Of a stretch of 42,183 bases of DNA, positions 38,501 through 42,183 are shown piece by piece. Under the pieces are notes generated by a model that saw nothing but the letters and a program-made list of their open reading frames with translations, made no database searches and was not told where the DNA came from. Positions within the stretch are counted from its first letter, which is position 1; each line of letters opens with the position of its first letter. The DNA is from Fidelibacterota bacterium. GTDB lineage: Bacteria; Fidelibacterota; Marinisomatia; Marinisomatales; JABMOV01. Location of the stretch: NCBI GenBank assembly GCA_046861395.1, contig JBHHUC010000013.1:1-42183 (forward strand), in the 5' to 3' direction. Both the position numbers and the translations under genes were made by a program.

Positions 38501-39177
38501 CCACGGGTGATTTCTGGTCTATTTTCAGAGTGACGGCTCATACCATGAATCCCTGGGAGTTCTATGATTCGGAGCCGGCTGCTGGATATTCCATTGATAA
38601 TCTCTTTCCCCATGTTCCAGGGAACCTGACCGCCATACTGGGTGATAACCATGATGAAGTACAGCTTTCCTGGCGGCCTGTCACGGATCTGGATTTCCAG
38701 TATTATACGGTCTATCGTTCCACTGCTCCCGGTGTTGATCTGTCAACGCCTTATGCCTTTACCACCGATACAGCTTTTGTGGATACGGATATTTCGCCGG
38801 GTTCACAGTTCTATTATTTGATAACGGCTACGGACTTTAGTGGAAATGAAGGCGACCCCAGTGAGGAAGCCACCGTGGTAATCCTGGCTAATGATGAAGA
38901 CGGATATACTCCGACGACTTTTGCGTTGTCACAGAACTATCCGAATCCTTTTAATCCGGTGACTACCTTCACCTATGATTTACCCCACGATGGCTTTGTT
39001 TCCATTATCGTTTACAATGTCCTGGGTGAAAAGGTGGATGAACTGGTAAATCAAAATCAATCTGCCGGTCGCTATACCGTAACCTGGAATGGATATAATC
39101 ATCCCAGTGGTGTATATGTGGCCCGGATGCAGACTGAGGGATTCACGACAACGCGGAAAATCATGTTACTCAAATAA
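35563..39177 (+). CDS. Secreted multidomain protein: basic pro-region, six carboxypeptidase-regulatory-like (prealbumin-fold) repeats, FN3, C-terminal T9SS-A/FlgD-like sorting domain
   Basis: SD AAGGAGG; signal peptide; repeats of type I[SE]GxVxDxxxGxP...TDxxGxY...GxY; DVPMDQG module; VPGNL...LSW...YTVYR...YYLITA FN3; SQNYPNPFNP...KIMLLK tail. Confidence 0.82.
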   Translation: MVCHFKSIIPRTVIISLILIVGLVTGKSSDPNFQSKTQRPSVEQVKQVRMLQALEKFKAEFNQHRSQSLNPDQKQMNAKKPNLPNTPGFFAHHGSRQATRDVNRQLIFGSGRLSTHPDSLYFHFFSGMNGSDTTGMDVILSGNEGANFGNEAMFGTAFTDPSLLYYLSPDSSMYAVQTVPSVTDTAVNWTEISWDWSGGNNFQPVVAGNIWVIYTRTTHDYVVMEVTNSSGLNWGSPWIEFDYLYQDDGSTTFNSDSTGSAIDIVINGMDDANILQGDPFTVTVYFSPGEISAEIGVWIDGNGNGVFDTLDYDLGDYSQIFDNSAEDENPAPGVYQYTVDNFNDGPNHVSNLQIYYTAADNGGWDVASLSIDPMITAYSFSGHIEPAQANLIVFAFDMNENNPEASPWMTVTDGAGNYQNYLPYAGTWSLLAFDFIGVLDGMAPDTAYFDIPVVGHETGYDFNFFTPTSGMEGIVSDENGYPLDSVLVWVSGDGPGYSTETDQAGYFFFSLVDGEWWLSLDDMELVPDYLVPTDTLVYVPEDDTTWVEITAYSTDATISGTVYLDNMPWSGPHVKAWSEIGWTRSPIGPNGQYELHVFSGADQFGGYFLSIPQHQLPPNVTITYMPQNVMSGTSSADIYLISVSGGLEGQVFNASDGSPVPYAWVHATNDMFGQGVGTDANGNYYLPLPNGDYTVDVGADGYFSQHFEHVIIQDNILAMDFFLNEFTVGGIISGYVYDDETGAGIVDAHVMIGNDFFWNDTWTDMNGYYEFEVPNGVYSMVVEAENYIQSYVEGITVQDNDVSQDFYLTPIVLNAVIEGLVVDMMTGGPVIGAEVYAMGMYYQTMTMSTTDGYFYMDVPSDSFYVWAQAPGFGYSDPIPVFVAADDTAYVVLELHPPTVNPPQILGVFDVPMDQGKQVHIVWLPGSNNSDFPIIEFSIWRLLPYAEIPLWDYVATVPFHGMEPYSTVVPTLVDSNMYTGPTGDFWSIFRVTAHTMNPWEFYDSEPAAGYSIDNLFPHVPGNLTAILGDNHDEVQLSWRPVTDLDFQYYTVYRSTAPGVDLSTPYAFTTDTAFVDTDISPGSQFYYLITATDFSGNEGDPSEEATVVILANDEDGYTPTTFALSQNYPNPFNPVTTFTYDLPHDGFVSIIVYNVLGEKVDELVNQNQSAGRYTVTWNGYNHPSGVYVARMQTEGFTTTRKIMLLK

Positions 39178-39198
39178 ACTTCACACTTCCTTGGTTAC

Positions 39199-39236
39199 AT
39201 AAAAGGCCATTTCGCTTCGGTGGAATGGCCTTTTAT
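39199..39236. terminator. Bidirectional intrinsic terminator between convergent genes
   Basis: ATAAAAGGCCATTTCGC-TTCG-GTGGAATGGCCTTTTAT: long stem with C(UUCG)G tetraloop and A/T tracts on both sides. Confidence 0.88.
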
Positions 39237-39238
39237 AA

Positions 39239-39982
39239 TTACCGCCGGTAAAGAGCCCAGCCGACAACGATATCTGGCAGCGACTTCAGGAGAGGAAGAA
39301 TCAGTCGCCAGGGCCAGGGGAATACATAATTTTTCTTTTTCTTGTCCACAGCACGCAGAATTTCATCGGCCGCCTTTTCCACCGGCATCAAAAAGGGTAA
39401 AAAAGAATTATTCCGCACCATGGGAGTGGCAATAAATCCCGGGTGAATTGTCATGATATGAATATGATTGGGTGTCAGATCGTAACGCCAGCCATCTACC
39501 ATGGCCCGGACGGCTGCTTTTGATCCCGAATAACTGCCGTGGCGGGGAAGACCGCGAAAAGCGGCTACGGAACTGATCACAACGATAGTCCCGGATTGTT
39601 GTTTAATCATCAATGGCACGGTGGGATACACGGTATGAATGACACCCAGGACATTGACGTTGATGAGTGAAACAATTTCTTTACTGTCCCCGCGCCAGAT
39701 GGGATCAACCGCTCCGATACCGGCATTGGCATAAACAATGTCAATTTGTCCCCGGTCCGCGTGGAATGATTGCAGAGCCTGTTTTACATCATCCTCCATT
39801 GTTACATCCCCCGGGAAGACGGCACAGGTAACGCCGTATTGCCGACAGGCAGCGGCAATTTTATCCAGTTTATCCTTCCGTCTGGCAAACAGTCCGATAT
39901 GGTCACCCCGGCGGGCATGGGCATAGGCCAGATATTCTCCGATTCCGCTGCTGGCACCGGTAATGAAAACGGAACGGCTCAC
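39239..39982 (-). CDS. Classical short-chain dehydrogenase/reductase (probably NADP(H))
   Basis: TGASSGIG, ARR, ANAG, SSVA, YSGSK, PGFI. Confidence 0.93.
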   Translation of the reverse strand: MSRSVFITGASSGIGEYLAYAHARRGDHIGLFARRKDKLDKIAAACRQYGVTCAVFPGDVTMEDDVKQALQSFHADRGQIDIVYANAGIGAVDPIWRGDSKEIVSLINVNVLGVIHTVYPTVPLMIKQQSGTIVVISSVAAFRGLPRHGSYSGSKAAVRAMVDGWRYDLTPNHIHIMTIHPGFIATPMVRNNSFLPFLMPVEKAADEILRAVDKKKKNYVFPWPWRLILPLLKSLPDIVVGWALYRR

Positions 39983-40770
39983 CAGGTACTCCGTAAGGCA
40001 CCGCCATCATGGGGAATGGCCTGACCGGTTATATAGGCCGCCTGCCGAGAACATAAGAAGGCGGCCAAAGCGCCGAATTCTTCAATCGTGCCGGCTCGTT
40101 TCATGGGAATATCATGGAGGAATTGAGCTTGTGCTTCAGATAAGGAAATTCCTTTTCGGTCGGACAGGTTGCGGTATAATTCCTTCATGCGGTCCGTATC
40201 GTGGGGGCCGGGTAGAATGGCGTTGATCGTCACACCAGTACCGGAGAATTGGCGTGATATGGTTTTCAGATAAGATTGGAGGGCGGACCGCATTGTACTG
40301 GAAAGGATCAGACTATCCAGGGGCTGCCGCACAGAGATACTGGACAGGATGAGAATACGACCCCACCCATTCTGAACCATATCGGGGGATGTGGACCGGA
40401 TGATATGAACGGCAGGAAGAAATCCGGTCTGGAAAGCACGGGTGAAATCATCTTCGGAAAATTCATTCGGATCTCCCGCCGGGGGCCCGCCATTGTTGTA
40501 GATCAGAATATCCGGAGGACCAAAGGTATCCCGACATTGCTGTAACAGCTGATGTAATTGGGATCTGTCCGAAACATCACAGATTGCTCCGGAAATGCGG
40601 CTGCTTCCTTCCCGTTCCAGAGCCATAATAGCGGTTTTCAGCGTTTCGGGATTTCGGCCACAGATAAAGGTGTTAACTCCTTCGCGTTTCAGGGCTCGGG
40701 CAACACCAAATCCCAACCCTTTGGAGGCCGCTAATACCAACGCGGTTCTACCGGAAATACCCAGATCCAT
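39979..40770 (-). CDS. SDR family oxidoreductase, atypical active site
   Basis: LAASKGLG, NNGGPP, GRIL, PGPHDTDR, AYITGQAIPHDGG; SSTMR replaces YxxxK. Confidence 0.9.
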   Translation of the reverse strand: MDLGISGRTALVLAASKGLGFGVARALKREGVNTFICGRNPETLKTAIMALEREGSSRISGAICDVSDRSQLHQLLQQCRDTFGPPDILIYNNGGPPAGDPNEFSEDDFTRAFQTGFLPAVHIIRSTSPDMVQNGWGRILILSSISVRQPLDSLILSSTMRSALQSYLKTISRQFSGTGVTINAILPGPHDTDRMKELYRNLSDRKGISLSEAQAQFLHDIPMKRAGTIEEFGALAAFLCSRQAAYITGQAIPHDGGALRSTW

Positions 40771-41889
40771 TTAGATTTTGATATAAATTTTCTTTTGATA
40801 TAACCAGTACAAGACTAACCACCAACCAAGGATATGGGACAGGGCAAAGAGAAGGGAACCGTTCATATTCCCAGCCAGCGGCACGAAAACCGTTTGATAG
40901 AGATAGGTGTATCCATTGACGATTTCTCCGTTCAGATCAAACTTAAAGCGAATAATGGATTTTACCCACAAACCGGAAGCAGCAAACACAAAGATGGAAT
41001 TGGTTCCGAAAATCACAAAGGGGAATACCATTTTCTTATATCCTTTAATGTCGATGATCCAGATGAACAGGGCCAGAAAGAGAGTGGCCAATCCACCCGT
41101 ATAAAGGACATATGAGCTGGTCCAGAGCTGCTTGTTGATAGGGAAGAACCAGTCCCATATCCAGCCGGAGAACGTCCATAAAGCGCCGATTTTAACCAAT
41201 GAAAAAACCATATCATTATTACTGCCGCCCTGTTGGATCCACCGTCCTACGTTATAACCCAGCATAACCGTCACGATGGCCGGGAGTGTACTGAACAATC
41301 CTTCCGGGTCAAAGGGAATACCGGTTCCGTGCCATACATGACTTTCTCCCAGCAAAGCTAGATCGATGGTTCGGGCCAGGTTATGTTCAAGACTGTAGGG
41401 GTTGTCACCACCCAGGGCCCACATGAGGAACCAGTAACCGAAGAGGATGGACAGGGCCGTAATCCATTGTTGTCTGTCTTTCAGCACCAGGACAAGGAAT
41501 GCAGCCGCACCGTAAGCCAGGGCAATCCGTTGCAGGACACCCAGAATCCTCAGGGTGGAATAATCCCAATTCTGGCGGATGAAGGGAAAGGCATTCAACG
41601 ACAATCCAATGAGGAAAATTGTTATGGTTCGACCGATAATTTTTTTGGTCAGTCCCACATTGAGTTTATAATTGAATTTGGCGTAGGAGAATCGCATGGC
41701 GACCCCTACAATGAACAAGAAAAACGGAAACACAAGATCGGTTGGGGTACAGCCATGCCAATGAGCATGACGTAGCGGGGGATAGACGTAAGACCAGCTT
41801 CCCGGTGTATTTACCAGGATCATCATGGCAATGGTTAAGCCACGAAAGGCATCCAATGCGACTAAGCGTTCGGTAATCTTCACAGACAT
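40771..41889 (-). CDS. HGSNAT/NagX-like (DUF5009) membrane acetyltransferase-family protein
   Basis: RLVALDAFRGLTI..MILVN, LRHAHWHG.T.TDLVFPFFLF, GVLQRIAL, FDPEGL, PINKQLWTSSY. Confidence 0.9.
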   Translation of the reverse strand: MSVKITERLVALDAFRGLTIAMMILVNTPGSWSYVYPPLRHAHWHGCTPTDLVFPFFLFIVGVAMRFSYAKFNYKLNVGLTKKIIGRTITIFLIGLSLNAFPFIRQNWDYSTLRILGVLQRIALAYGAAAFLVLVLKDRQQWITALSILFGYWFLMWALGGDNPYSLEHNLARTIDLALLGESHVWHGTGIPFDPEGLFSTLPAIVTVMLGYNVGRWIQQGGSNNDMVFSLVKIGALWTFSGWIWDWFFPINKQLWTSSYVLYTGGLATLFLALFIWIIDIKGYKKMVFPFVIFGTNSIFVFAASGLWVKSIIRFKFDLNGEIVNGYTYLYQTVFVPLAGNMNGSLLFALSHILGWWLVLYWLYQKKIYIKI

Positions 41890-41891
41890 GT

Positions 41892-42183
41892 TCAGTTCAC
41901 TTTCTTCCCAAATTCGGGATCAAGAGGTAAGAATGGAATAAGAACAACCCCTGGGATTGTTGCAATCAATACCCAGATAAAGAAATGTTGATAGCCGATG
42001 ATTTCCTGTAACCAACCGCTGAACATGCCCGGAATCATCATTCCCAGGGCCATAAATCCGGTACAGATGGCATAGTGGGCGGTCTTATGTTCTCCTTCAG
42101 CAACCGATATCATGTATAACATGTAGGCGGTAAAGCCGAAACCGTAACCAAATTGTTCTACGGCCACACAGACATTAACAATG
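41892..42183 (-). CDS. AmpG/RhtX-like MFS transporter (3' end only)
   Basis: Frame open to the window edge; EQFGYGFGFTAYMLYM...HKTAHYAICTGFMALGMMIPG. Confidence 0.8.
   Translation of the reverse strand, partial: IVNVCVAVEQFGYGFGFTAYMLYMISVAEGEHKTAHYAICTGFMALGMMIPGMFSGWLQEIIGYQHFFIWVLIATIPGVVLIPFLPLDPEFGKKVN

Noticed and set aside
1..42183. CRISPR arrays, IS elements, prophage or defence genes
   Set aside because: No regularly spaced DNA repeats or related motifs seen; the repeats present are diverged protein-domain repeats

Overview
Gene-dense bacterial chromosomal window with no mobile element, CRISPR array or rRNA. The lineage is probably FCB-group or a relative (Marinimicrobia/Calditrichota/Ignavibacteria-like). 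This is inferred from two secreted proteins ending in a QNYPNPFNP-type C-terminal sorting domain, the SecA architecture and the act-cox cluster. Contents in order: (1) minus-strand alternative complex III operon actABCDEF(G), sco, caa3-type coxB and coxA (cut by the window edge); (2) SLC13/DASS transporter plus tandem universal stress protein; (3) tightly coupled thiolase, acyl-CoA dehydrogenase, leucine dehydrogenase, nusB and secA; (4) a secreted protein with about five cohesin-like repeats and a split FN3/adhesin module; (5) tRNA-Leu(TAG); (6) a 1523-aa fusion of an acyl-CoA-ligase-like domain, a helical region, a degenerate kinase-like fold and a GNAT domain; (7) GAF/HD-GYP protein and SLC13-TrkA-C permease; (8) an ECF sigma/zinc anti-sigma operon of small Cys-rich proteins; (9) MATE and pterin dehydratase; (10) a second large secreted repeat protein; (11) two SDRs, a NagX/HGSNAT-like protein and an AmpG-like MFS (partial). 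Top observation: the ECF operon ends in two adjacent genes whose UGA codons look recoded as selenocysteine. One is a small membrane-protein ORF missing from the ORF track (33339-33488, in-frame TGA at codon 30). The other is an FmdB zinc-ribbon protein (…GFS-TGA-AN-TAA). Each UGA is followed by a SECIS-like hairpin. All family calls come from motif recognition by eye; no database search was run.
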